In this document: piece by piece, positions 15,402-24,225 of the stretch
Position numbering within the stretch: the first letter of the stretch is position 1
Layout: every line of letters begins with the position of its first letter
Virus record (IMG/VR): IMGVR_UViG_3300045988_046732
DNA length: 41,904 nucleotides
Strand: one strand, 5' to 3'
Origin: a virus
The notes under the pieces: generated by a model
Told to the model about the DNA's origin: nothing
The model's input: only the letters and a program-made list of their open reading frames with translations
The model's database searches: none
Position numbers and translations under genes: made by a program

Positions 15402-17414
15402 ATGGCAGCTGATGGCTCCATTATCATCGAAACAAAATTGGATGATGCTGATGCGCAAAAAGAGTTGATCAAGCTCTCGAAGAAAATCGACAAAATGCGC
15501 GAGGAATTGTCCGAAAAGCAAACCCAGCAGAGCGGCATTAAATCCGAACTTGAAGCGGCCACCAACGAGGCATTGAAAACTGAAAAGGTCATTTCGCGCT
15601 TAAAGGCTGAGCTATCTGACACCCAGCAGATTACCAGCGGTAAAACAAATGCCAGCCCGCTTGAATTTTTGTCAGCCCAGGAGAAGCAGGCGGCTATAAC
15701 CGCAAGCCTTAAAGAGCAGGAAGCCCTTTTGAATTCCCAAAACAAAGACGCCGAAAAACTTGGGAAGCAATACACCGGAATTACCGATAAGGTAATAAAC
15801 CAGTCTACCGCGCTTGAAACTGCCGAAAACAGAGCTGCAGAGCTGACGGAACAACTTTCCCATGCGGGGAAAGAAGCTGGAAATATGCCACCCAGCTTTG
15901 ACAAAATAGGGAAAAAACTACAGTCTATGGCCCGCCGTGTCTTTGTTTTTACGGTCGTTCTTTCCGTTCTGCGCCAGATTAAAGCTTTTCTTTGGGACGT
16001 CATCAAGGCTGACGCCCAAGCATCCGCCGCGTTTGCCCAACTAAAGGGGGCACTGCTTACATTGGCACAGCCTATAATCAGCGTTGTTGTTCCAGCCTTT
16101 ACGCTTCTGGTGCATGTGCTCACTGCCGTTGTATCTCAGCTTGCCCGTTTGGTGGCGATGATTTCAGGGAAAAGCATTGACTCAGCAAAGAAATCAGCTA
16201 AAGCCTTAAACGATCAGACAAAGGCGTTGAAGGGGACCGGGAAAGCGGCCAAAGACGCCGGGAAATCCTTGGCGGCTTTCGATGAGATCAATCAGCTGTC
16301 GGACAACAGCTCGTCTGCGTCCGGTGGCGGGGCAAGCTCCACCGACATTGCTCCTGATTTCAGTTTCCTTGACGGCGTAGATGAACGACTTCGCAAAATT
16401 GCAAATGCGGTGCTTCTAATTGGAGCGGGGCTTGCACTATGGAAGATCTCCTCTAAGCTCCCCGGTATGCTGGGAGAGATCGGCACAAAGTTGGCCGGAA
16501 TGGCGATTGCCATCGGTGGACTTATGCTGATGTTTGACGGCTTAAAGGACGCCTGGGAAAACGGGCTTGACTGGACAAGCCTAATGGAAATCATCGCAGG
16601 TGCAACGGCCCTTGTGAGCGGCCTTACCCTTGCTTTTGGAAAAAACGGGACGGCCATCGGACTGGTTGTTGCAGGCTTAGCGGCGCTTGTAACTGGATTT
16701 TCGGACGCAATGGAAAACGGTGTAAACCTCAAGAACACCCTGCTTGTTCTGGCCGGGATTATTGCTACCGGCCTTGGAATCGGGATGCTGACCAACAGCA
16801 CACTCCCAGCTTTGGTGGCCGGTATTATGTCCGTCCTTTATGCTATCACTGTTTTGGTGGGCAATGGCGACCAGCTGATGCAAAACTTCAAGGAGATTTT
16901 TGCCGGGGCTGCTGAGTTTATTGACGGTCTTATCCATCAGGATGTTAATAAAATGCTGAACGGCTTGAAAAAGATGGTGAAAGGGGCGCTGAACGCTGTT
17001 TTGACCATTGTCGGCAGTGTTGTAAATTTGATCATTCGTGGGTTGAACTGGCTGATCGACAAAATCAACAGCATTTCATTCTCCGTTCCCGATTGGGTCC
17101 CTGGAATCGGCGGAAAGAGCTGGAGCGCCAACATTCCTCACGCGGCTGAATGGGGTATTCCTCAGCTTGCACTGGGTGCAGTTATCCCTCCAAACCGGGA
17201 GTTCTTGGCGGTGCTGGGCGACCAGAAGTCCGGGACTAACATTGAAGCTCCGCTTGAAACCATCGTTCAGGCGTTTCGGCAGGCTTTGGCGGAACAGGGC
17301 GGGAACGGGAGTAATCGGCCTATCATTCTGATGCTCGACCGTCGTGAGCTTGGCCGTGCCGTTGTTGATGTTGGCAATCAGGAAAATGTTCGTGTAGGCG
17401 TATCTTTGACATAA
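15402..17414 (+). CDS. Tape measure protein
   Basis: 670 aa with an N-terminal coiled coil and central Gly/Ala-rich hydrophobic segments, in the canonical position. Confidence 0.9.
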   Translation: MAADGSIIIETKLDDADAQKELIKLSKKIDKMREELSEKQTQQSGIKSELEAATNEALKTEKVISRLKAELSDTQQITSGKTNASPLEFLSAQEKQAAITASLKEQEALLNSQNKDAEKLGKQYTGITDKVINQSTALETAENRAAELTEQLSHAGKEAGNMPPSFDKIGKKLQSMARRVFVFTVVLSVLRQIKAFLWDVIKADAQASAAFAQLKGALLTLAQPIISVVVPAFTLLVHVLTAVVSQLARLVAMISGKSIDSAKKSAKALNDQTKALKGTGKAAKDAGKSLAAFDEINQLSDNSSSASGGGASSTDIAPDFSFLDGVDERLRKIANAVLLIGAGLALWKISSKLPGMLGEIGTKLAGMAIAIGGLMLMFDGLKDAWENGLDWTSLMEIIAGATALVSGLTLAFGKNGTAIGLVVAGLAALVTGFSDAMENGVNLKNTLLVLAGIIATGLGIGMLTNSTLPALVAGIMSVLYAITVLVGNGDQLMQNFKEIFAGAAEFIDGLIHQDVNKMLNGLKKMVKGALNAVLTIVGSVVNLIIRGLNWLIDKINSISFSVPDWVPGIGGKSWSANIPHAAEWGIPQLALGAVIPPNREFLAVLGDQKSGTNIEAPLETIVQAFRQALAEQGGNGSNRPIILMLDRRELGRAVVDVGNQENVRVGVSLT

Positions 17415-17424
17415 GGAGGACGAT

Positions 17425-17820
17425 ATGAGCGGAATTTCTATTGACGGTGTTGAGTATGACCGAGTGCATGTCGTCAGCCTGAAGCGCTCTTTTTCCGTAC
17501 TGGACGGCCCGAACACGGGGCGCGTCCAGACGGGAGAAATGCGCAGGGATATCATCGGGACATACTACAATTACACTCTTAAAATTGAGCCCGACCAGTC
17601 TAATGTCTCGATTGCGCAATATGATGCGCTGTATGAGATTATTTCTTCCCCTTCTGCAAGTCATACTATCAAAGTCCCGTATGGGCAGGGGTGGAAACAG
17701 TTTAAAGCATACGTCACAAGCGGTGCTGACAACCTAATGCTGAAAACGGACGATTACAGCAAGTGGGACGGTCTGGAGATCAACTTCATAGCCATGTCCC
17801 CTGAAAGGGTGCCTGCATGA
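17425..17820 (+). CDS. Distal tail protein-like (short)
   Basis: 131 aa directly after the tape measure gene. Confidence 0.55.
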   Translation: MSGISIDGVEYDRVHVVSLKRSFSVLDGPNTGRVQTGEMRRDIIGTYYNYTLKIEPDQSNVSIAQYDALYEIISSPSASHTIKVPYGQGWKQFKAYVTSGADNLMLKTDDYSKWDGLEINFIAMSPERVPA

Positions 17821-19292
17821 GCAGTAAACTGATTTACCGGGATGTTGCCGTTGGGGCGGAGGAGGATGCCGCAGTAACGGCAACCGGCGCACATGGCCTG
17901 TCTGATACATCACTGCTCCCTTCTGGTGCAAACACTCCGCCGCTGTGCATCTTAGAGCACAATTTCTGGAGGCTTAACGGTGAGCACATGGTATACGATG
18001 GACAAGCCATTGCATTCCTGTCCTCTGAAGTTTCGAACGAAAACTGTGGATTCTCCGAAACGCCTAAAATCCGAATTGATTTTGATAGCAACTACACTAC
18101 GCTTGGAATTTCTCTGAAATTCTCTCCGGATACAGGAGACTACTGTAAGCAGGTGACTGTCGCCTGGTATCAAGGGGGAACGCAGCTTGCGTCTCAAGTA
18201 TTTACACCTGACAGCGCCAATTATTTCTGCGAAAAGACGGTATCTGCTTTTAACCGAGTGGATATCTCCCTGGACAAAACATCCCTTCCGCAGCGCCGAG
18301 CAAGGTTAGATCAAATCGTGTTCGGCATCATCCGGGAGTTCCAAGGCAGAGAGATCGGCAGCGTAACCATTCAGCAAGATGTCAACCCAATTTCTGCTGA
18401 ACTCGCCATCAATTACCTGGATTGGGAACTGAAAAGCAATTCAGACACAGAGTACATTTTCCAACTCAAGCAACCGGTAGAAGCATACCACAATAACAAA
18501 CTGATCGGCGTGTTTTACGTTGACAACATCCCAGAGCGGACCGGTGTGGGTGACTACTCCGTAGAGTGTCAGGACGCTTTGGGTGTGCTGGATAACTACG
18601 AGTGGCCCGGGGAAATGTATACCGCCGACACACCGTTTTCCTCTGTGGTTAATGAGATTGTGGGCGGCGCATTTGAGGTTGACATTGAAACCACCCTTGC
18701 CAGTGCGAAAATCAAAGGTTATATCCCAGACGGAACCAGGCGTGAAGCACTCCAGCAGGCGGCTTTTATCGTTGGCGCAGCAATAGACACCAGCAAGACA
18801 AACAAAATCCGCTTCTTTGCCCCAAAATACGAAAATCCTACCGCGTTGCCCGATCGGGATGTGTTTGAGGGCGGAAGCGTAAAGCAGGAAGCTATTGTTA
18901 CTGCGGTCATCGTTACATACCACACTTATACCCAAGGAACCGGCAACTCCGGGGATGAGGTAATCACTGTAAATGGTGTGAAATACGTACACACAACGGG
19001 GACGGTACGCATTGACAACCCAAATGTAACAGCGTCCGACAAACAGAACATCAAAACCGTGCAAGATGCTACGCTGGTCAACGCCAGCAATGCCCAGACT
19101 GTTGCAAAGCGGGTGTATGACTACTGGATGCGCCGAAAAACTGTGGAGACCAGCATTGTATGGGAAGATCAGGATATGTTGGACTACATTACCGTCCCGA
19201 CTCCATGGGGCCAAGATATGACCGGGAGCCTCACATCTGCAAAAATTACATTGTCAAACCTGACCACAGCCGAAATTGAGGTGATGGTGTGA
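17817..19292 (+). CDS. Tail-associated / baseplate hub-like protein
   Basis: 491 aa, second gene after the tape measure gene. Confidence 0.6.
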   Translation: MSSKLIYRDVAVGAEEDAAVTATGAHGLSDTSLLPSGANTPPLCILEHNFWRLNGEHMVYDGQAIAFLSSEVSNENCGFSETPKIRIDFDSNYTTLGISLKFSPDTGDYCKQVTVAWYQGGTQLASQVFTPDSANYFCEKTVSAFNRVDISLDKTSLPQRRARLDQIVFGIIREFQGREIGSVTIQQDVNPISAELAINYLDWELKSNSDTEYIFQLKQPVEAYHNNKLIGVFYVDNIPERTGVGDYSVECQDALGVLDNYEWPGEMYTADTPFSSVVNEIVGGAFEVDIETTLASAKIKGYIPDGTRREALQQAAFIVGAAIDTSKTNKIRFFAPKYENPTALPDRDVFEGGSVKQEAIVTAVIVTYHTYTQGTGNSGDEVITVNGVKYVHTTGTVRIDNPNVTASDKQNIKTVQDATLVNASNAQTVAKRVYDYWMRRKTVETSIVWEDQDMLDYITVPTPWGQDMTGSLTSAKITLSNLTTAEIEVMV

Positions 19293-19447
19293 TTTACTAC
19301 CAGCGCAAATGGTTGACCAAGGTAAACGAGGACGGCTCCACCACCACCCGGTGGAGGGTATCGGCCTACCCCGGCAAGGGCACCGCTGGCAAGCAGGGCG
19401 CTCCCGGCTGCGTGGTGGTATATTGGGATAAGGAGGAGAGCGTATGA
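19289..19447 (+). CDS. Small tail-region ORF with a short collagen-like GXY stretch (absent from the ORF track)
   Basis: GTG at 19289 overlaps the upstream stop. Hand translation: MIYYQRKWLTKVNEDGSTTTRWRVSAYPGKGTAGKQGAPGCVVVYWDKEESV. Confidence 0.4.
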   Translation: MIYYQRKWLTKVNEDGSTTTRWRVSAYPGKGTAGKQGAPGCVVVYWDKEESV

Positions 19448-19614
19448 GAGAGTCCTACCCCTTCCTCGTGCCCAAGATCACAGCGGCAGCCTTTGCGCCG
19501 AACCCCGCCAACATCAACAGCAAGACCGTGCTGACGGTCACGGTGACCGAGGAGACCGTCTATCTGGAGCCCTATTACTATTACAGCGGCGACTTGTACG
19601 CCGGGGAGGTATAA
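19444..19614 (+). CDS. Small tail-region ORF ending in YSGDLYAGEV (absent from the ORF track)
   Basis: ATGA overlap. Hand translation: MRESYPFLVPKITAAAFAPNPANINSKTVLTVTVTEETVYLEPYYYYSGDLYAGEV. Confidence 0.5.
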   Translation: MRESYPFLVPKITAAAFAPNPANINSKTVLTVTVTEETVYLEPYYYYSGDLYAGEV

Positions 19615-20526
19615 ATGGCAATCGCAAGTGTAAAGGCCGTACTTAACGGCCAGACCTACAACCTGACCTACGACGCCGCCAGCGGGACCTACAAGGCCAC
19701 GGTAACGGCTCCGGGGGCAACAAGCTACAACCAGGCTGGCGGTTATTACAACGTATCTGTGACGGCCACCAACGACGCCGGGACCACAGGAACGGCAGAC
19801 GGAGCAACACTGGCGGGCCTGCGGCTGGTGGTACGGGAGCGCGTGGCCCCGGTTATCACCATTTTGTCCCCCTCTGAGGGCGCATACGTCAGCAACAGCA
19901 AGCAGCCGGTGGTTTTTACTGTCACCGACGAGGCGGGCGGCTCCGGCGTGGATCTGACCACGCTGGTGGTCAAGCAGGACGGGACGGCGGTGGCTTCCAA
20001 CACTATCGAAACCACGGCCATCACCAACGGATACAGCGTGACCTACACACCGGCGGCAGCGCTTGGAGACGGCAGCCACACGGTGACGGTGGATATCAAG
20101 GACCACGACGGCAACGCGGCGACCCAGAAGTCCACCACCTACACGGTGGACACGGTGCCCCCGGTGCTTAATGTGACGGCTCCCACGGACAACCTGGTGA
20201 CCAACAAGGCGGCGCTGACTGTGAGCGGCACCACTAACGATGCCACATCCTCCCCCGTCACTGTGACGGTCAGACTTAACGGAACGGACCAGGGCGCGGT
20301 GACTGTGAGCACAGGCGGAGCCTTTACTAAGTCCATCACCCTGGTGGAAGGAAGCAACACCATTGTGGTGACGGCTACGGACGCCGCAGGCAAGAGCTCC
20401 AGCGTGACCCGGACGGTCAAGCTGGACACCAGCGTGCCGGTAATCACTGCCGCCAGCATTACTCCTAACCCGGCTGACGCAGGGGCAACCGTTATCATCT
20501 CCGTTACCATTACGGAGGGCGCATGA
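19615..20526 (+). CDS. Tail fibre/adhesin-like protein with tandem Ig-like domains
   Basis: 303 aa, Thr/Val/Ala-rich, with repeated beta-sandwich-like units (...SHTVTVDIKDHDGNAA..., ...SNTIVVTATDAAGKSS...). Confidence 0.65.
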   Translation: MAIASVKAVLNGQTYNLTYDAASGTYKATVTAPGATSYNQAGGYYNVSVTATNDAGTTGTADGATLAGLRLVVRERVAPVITILSPSEGAYVSNSKQPVVFTVTDEAGGSGVDLTTLVVKQDGTAVASNTIETTAITNGYSVTYTPAAALGDGSHTVTVDIKDHDGNAATQKSTTYTVDTVPPVLNVTAPTDNLVTNKAALTVSGTTNDATSSPVTVTVRLNGTDQGAVTVSTGGAFTKSITLVEGSNTIVVTATDAAGKSSSVTRTVKLDTSVPVITAASITPNPADAGATVIISVTITEGA

Positions 20527-21209
20527 TGGGCAGCCAGATCATCAGCGTCAGATTACCGGCTGGGACCCTGTATGTGTCCGGAACGGTCAACGGAGACGCC
20601 GTGACCTGGACCAACACAGATGGCAACCAGTGGGAGGCCACAGCGGCCCGGGCGGTGGACGACATCTATCAGGTGGAGCTGACCATTATCGGGAGTACGG
20701 GCAACTCAACCAAGACCAGCATGACGCTGTACTACGGCCTGCTCAACCTAATCACCGACCGGACTCAGGCAGACGTCAATCGTGTGGCCTATCTGGCCGG
20801 GCGGGTGAGCGCCGGGACGGCGACGGAGGCCGAAAAAACGGAGTGGGCCAGCGATTTAAAAGGCGCCTACAACGCCAGCGACCTGAACCGGGTGGGCGCT
20901 GCCGTGGCCTATGTGGCGGGGCGGCTGAACGGCTACGGCTACGCCGTGACGGTAAACCCAAAGCAGGACTGGACGGTCAGCGACATCCCCACGGCGGGGC
21001 AAATGGCCGCGTATCTGCGGGACGTGGCCGCCCTGCGGGGGGCCATCGCCGTGATGGCCAGCACGCCGCCCACGCCGGACAGCGCCAACAATCTGACCTG
21101 GCAGGAGGCCAACGACATCGAGCAGATCCTTTTGGACGTGGACAAGCTGCTGACCCGCATGGCGGCGGCGTGGTTTTATTCCGGCGACTTGTACGCCGGA
21201 GAGGTATAA
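20523..21209 (+). CDS. Tail fibre-associated protein ending in YSGDLYAGEV
   Basis: 228 aa. LITDRTQADVNRVAYL...YNASDLNRVGAAVAYV repeats are typical of Clostridia phage fibre-region proteins. Confidence 0.6.
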   Translation: MMGSQIISVRLPAGTLYVSGTVNGDAVTWTNTDGNQWEATAARAVDDIYQVELTIIGSTGNSTKTSMTLYYGLLNLITDRTQADVNRVAYLAGRVSAGTATEAEKTEWASDLKGAYNASDLNRVGAAVAYVAGRLNGYGYAVTVNPKQDWTVSDIPTAGQMAAYLRDVAALRGAIAVMASTPPTPDSANNLTWQEANDIEQILLDVDKLLTRMAAAWFYSGDLYAGEV

Positions 21210-21231
21210 AAAAGCCGCCCCGGAGGGCGGC
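21208..21231 (-). terminator. Terminator of the hicAB cassette (hairpin also faces the end of the plus-strand tail operon)
   Basis: Stem gccgccc/gggcggc with loop cgga. The A6 run on the plus strand gives a T6 tail on the minus strand. Confidence 0.7.
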
Positions 21232-21237
21232 AGCATG

Positions 21238-21636
21238 TCAGCCAAGGCTCAGGCGGGCGGTGAGACTCTCCTGCAAAAGCTGGGAGCAGTTGATACCCCG
21301 CTTATCCGCAAGGTTAGCCATCCATGCGGGAAGGGAGACGTTTTTCCGGACGGCCCGGGTGTCGGTCATAGCACGGTATGCGATGGTATCCACCCGGATA
21401 AGGGAGAACACCGCACCGTCCTCGTGCTCCAGCTCTGCCTGAGGCGTGGGGGCCGGGATCGGGTCCCCCTCGTCCTCTGCCACCACCAGCCAGCAGGATG
21501 CGGCGTCAGTGATCTGGTCGATGGCGTCCTGGAGATCGTGTCCGGTGGTGATGCACCCGGGCAGATCGGGGACACGGGCATAGTACTTCGTTCCATCCTC
21601 GTTGGGCGTAAACATGGCCGAGTAAATATATTTCAT
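21238..21636 (-). CDS. hicB: HicB-family antitoxin
   Basis: Start MKYIYSAMFTPNEDGTKYYARVPDLPGCITTGHDLQDAIDQITDA (HicB N-terminal fold) with a C-terminal RHH-like VSLPAWMANLADKRGINCSQLLQESL. GGAGGAGG SD. Confidence 0.85.
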   Translation of the reverse strand: MKYIYSAMFTPNEDGTKYYARVPDLPGCITTGHDLQDAIDQITDAASCWLVVAEDEGDPIPAPTPQAELEHEDGAVFSLIRVDTIAYRAMTDTRAVRKNVSLPAWMANLADKRGINCSQLLQESLTARLSLG

Positions 21637-21664
21637 AGCATTTCCTCCTCCGCGGGGCGGGGTC

Positions 21665-21862
21665 TCAGCCCCGCCGCCGCTCGTTCTGCTTGATCTCTTT
21701 CCGGATATACCGCAGGTCGTCCTCGTCAAAGTCGTGGCGTTTCAGCGGTATGCTCGCGCCGGTCTCTTTGTTCCGGTATATGTCATGGTTTGCTCCGTGC
21801 CTTGCAAAGCTGTATCCGCTGTTTTCAAGGTCTTTTGCCGCTTGATCCCGTGGCTTCATCAT
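21665..21862 (-). CDS. hicA: HicA-family mRNA-interferase toxin
   Basis: MMKPRDQAAKDLENSGYSFARHGANHDIYRNKETGASIPLKRH matches the HicA pattern. AGGAGG SD. Confidence 0.85.
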   Translation of the reverse strand: MMKPRDQAAKDLENSGYSFARHGANHDIYRNKETGASIPLKRHDFDEDDLRYIRKEIKQNERRRG

Positions 21863-21882
21863 TTCCCCTCCTAACAATATCT

Positions 21883-21910
21883 ATTATACACACTTTTACA
21901 CAAAAGTCAA
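21883..21910 (-). promoter_or_regulatory. Sigma-70-type promoter for hicAB
   Basis: Minus strand reads TTGACT, a 16-nt spacer, then TATAAT, about 20 nt upstream of the hicA start. Confidence 0.65.
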
Positions 21911-21935
21911 GTGTTTTTAAGAAAGGACTGATTCT

Positions 21936-23006
21936 ATGCAGGATAGGATCCCTCTTTACCCCGGGCGGGTAAAAATGACCCCGGTGGCCGGGCAGGCCAA
22001 CACCTACGACATGGTGCGGGCGGACGACCCCACCCAGGCGGGCACGCCGCTGAACAAGGCAACGCTGCTGAAGGACGCAACGGCGGCGCTGTATGGACTT
22101 GGGACGGGGGCGGTGCCGGATGATGTGTTTGCGGCGCTGGGGAAGTATAAGCAGTATTGGTGGCGGAGACGGACCCCGAAAACCACAGGGTACATCGAAA
22201 AGGCAGCAACTCAGGGCAGCACTTTTTTGGTGCAGTACAATGTTACGCCTGTAACTTATACCTATGGCGATTTGTCCATTGACCAGAGTACAGGGGCAGT
22301 ATCTATTTCCAACGCACAGACCATCACGCTGAATATATACAGTTCGGTTTCTGATTTTTATGTGCTGGTCGGGAAATATTTCACTCCCGACAAAACGGTT
22401 TCCCAGAGCTGGGGAAGTGTCAAAACTCTGACCGCAGGGGAAATTTACCGCATTACAGACAGCAGTTATATCAAGTATTACTCTGACGAGGACTCCACGT
22501 ATGTCTACTCCCAGCATATCGACGTGATAACGTCAATTTATTCCGCCGGAGATCCAGGCGACTGGCAATACCTCCAGTCCTCCTCTCGTTCCGCCTACCC
22601 GGACAGCGGCACCAGCGGCGGGTATGAGTACGAGTATCTGGGCATCCCCTTTGACAACGCGGTGACCGCGCCCAAGATCGAGACGGGGAGCTATGTAGGG
22701 ACGGGGACGTATGGAGCAAGTAACCCAAATACGCTGACGTTTGGGTTTGTGCCGAAGTTCGTGTGGATTTATGAATGGTTCCGGTCTGATGGTTGGTTTG
22801 ATGCTGGAGGTGCGGCGAAGATCCCATTTGAAATTATACCTGAAGGGGAATTTGGAAGAAAGTATCCCCCGTCTACCGATCCTACACCCTCCACAAATAC
22901 ATACTCAAAGAGGGTTGGGTCCACTTTGTATTGGTATAACACTGGTTCAGCTGGCAACCAATTGAATTATTCAGATTCGACGTATTACTACATCGCCATC
23001 GGCTAA
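21936..23006 (+). CDS. Tail fibre / receptor-binding protein
   Basis: N-terminus MQDRIPLYPGRVKMTPVAGQANTYDMVRADDPTQAGTPLNKATLL is the conserved fibre N-terminus seen in Clostridia phages. The central part is AT-rich and looks variable. Confidence 0.7.
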   Translation: MQDRIPLYPGRVKMTPVAGQANTYDMVRADDPTQAGTPLNKATLLKDATAALYGLGTGAVPDDVFAALGKYKQYWWRRRTPKTTGYIEKAATQGSTFLVQYNVTPVTYTYGDLSIDQSTGAVSISNAQTITLNIYSSVSDFYVLVGKYFTPDKTVSQSWGSVKTLTAGEIYRITDSSYIKYYSDEDSTYVYSQHIDVITSIYSAGDPGDWQYLQSSSRSAYPDSGTSGGYEYEYLGIPFDNAVTAPKIETGSYVGTGTYGASNPNTLTFGFVPKFVWIYEWFRSDGWFDAGGAAKIPFEIIPEGEFGRKYPPSTDPTPSTNTYSKRVGSTLYWYNTGSAGNQLNYSDSTYYYIAIG

Positions 23007-23021
23007 GAAAGGAGGAATCCT

Positions 23022-23303
23022 ATGAGAATCGTAGAAATTCAGGCGCTGGACAACGGCGCCCACCGCAATCAGACCACCACCTCCACCACCATCCCCACCG
23101 GCTGGGCGGAGATCCCCTCCGACGTGGCCATCCCGGAGACGTTCCCCTTTGTAGACATCCAGGTGGAGGGAAACAAGGTGGTGAGCATGACGGCTGGGGT
23201 GGTGCCCGAGCCGGAGCCTGAGCCCGAGCCGGAACCCACGGAGACGGAGCAGCTGAGGGCGGACGTGGACTTCCTGGCGGCCATGACGGGGGTGGCGTTA
23301 TGA
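23022..23303 (+). CDS. Fibre-associated small protein with an (EP)n linker
   Basis: 93 aa with AGGAGG SD, containing PEPEPEPEPEPEP. Confidence 0.55.
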   Translation: MRIVEIQALDNGAHRNQTTTSTTIPTGWAEIPSDVAIPETFPFVDIQVEGNKVVSMTAGVVPEPEPEPEPEPTETEQLRADVDFLAAMTGVAL

Positions 23304-23428
23304 GCGTGTATGAGCTGGCGAAAAAGTACTACCCCCGGCTGTGGGACCGGGAGCGGCTGGAGGCCCTGCTGGTTGCGGGGCGGCTGAGCCAGGAGGAATT
23401 TGACCGGCTGGTGGAAGCCGAAAAATAA
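23300..23428 (+). CDS. XkdX-family small protein (absent from the ORF track)
   Basis: Hand translation: MSVYELAKKYYPRLWDRERLEALLVAGRLSQEEFDRLVEAEK. Confidence 0.6.
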   Translation: MSVYELAKKYYPRLWDRERLEALLVAGRLSQEEFDRLVEAEK

Positions 23429-23463
23429 AGACCGCCCGGGTGGTGGGAGAGGAGAGAGAGAGC

Positions 23464-23706
23464 ATGACGGAGGCGATCATCTGTGCGGTGATCACCGGGG
23501 GGCTGACCCTGCTGGGGGTGATCATCGCCAACAGCAAGAGCCAGGCGGTGACGGAGGCCAGACTGGACGAGCTGACCCGGGAGGTACGGGAGCACAACAA
23601 CTTCGCCCAGCGGATGCCGGTGGTGGAGGAACAGATTAAGGTGATCAACCACAGGCTCCAGGATCTGGAGCAGGATATGAAAGGAGTCAACGAAAATGAA
23701 CGCTGA
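23464..23706 (+). CDS. XhlA-like membrane protein (lysis-associated)
   Basis: One N-terminal TM segment (AIICAVITGGLTLLGVIIA) followed by a coiled coil. Strong GGAGAGGAGAG SD. Confidence 0.6.
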   Translation: MTEAIICAVITGGLTLLGVIIANSKSQAVTEARLDELTREVREHNNFAQRMPVVEEQIKVINHRLQDLEQDMKGVNENER

Positions 23707-23953
23707 GTACATCTACAACATTTTTGAGGTCACGGAGCGCAACCACGACCACGACCTGCTGATCGGCATGGCCAAACTCATGGCGGCCAAGCCCCTGCCT
23801 GAGGGCATGGACGAGCGGGCCCTGGGCAAGTTTTTGGCCAAGCACTACCACGAGCTGGTAGATGCCTACGCCGCCCGGGACCTGGCGGTGATGGAGGAGG
23901 TCGTGCTGGCCTGCGAGGCGCAGGACGCTGAGGACGAAAAGGAGGCGGAGTAA
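23696..23953 (+). CDS. Hypothetical acidic protein in the lysis cassette
   Basis: 85-aa ORF overlapping its neighbours. Confidence 0.5.
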   Translation: MNAEYIYNIFEVTERNHDHDLLIGMAKLMAAKPLPEGMDERALGKFLAKHYHELVDAYAARDLAVMEEVVLACEAQDAEDEKEAE

Positions 23954-23954
23954 T

Positions 23955-24221
23955 ATGGATTTTGGCATTGTTTCTGTGGCGGCTATCACCGTCATCTGCT
24001 ATCTGGTGGGCATGGTGGTCAAGGCCATCCCCCACATGGAGGACAAGTACATCCCCATCGCCTGCGGCCTGTGCGGGGCGGTGCTGGGCCCTGTGGGCCT
24101 GTATCTGGGGCTGGACGGCTTCCCCGCCACGGACTACATGACCGCCGTGGCGGTGGGCATCGTCAGCGGCCTGGCGGCCACGGGCATTAACCAGGTGGGC
24201 AAGCAGCTGAGCAAGGAGTGA
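23955..24221 (+). CDS. Holin
   Basis: 88 aa with two or three hydrophobic segments and a charged C-terminus (KQLSKE), directly upstream of the endolysin. Confidence 0.75.
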   Translation: MDFGIVSVAAITVICYLVGMVVKAIPHMEDKYIPIACGLCGAVLGPVGLYLGLDGFPATDYMTAVAVGIVSGLAATGINQVGKQLSKE

Positions 24222-24225
24222 TTGT

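Noticed and set aside
23203-23245. The (GAGCCN)n repeat encoding PEPEPEPEPEP as a phase-variable simple-sequence repeat
   Set aside because: The repeat units are in frame (6 nt) and degenerate at the DNA level. This looks like an ordinary flexible linker, not a frame-switching tract.
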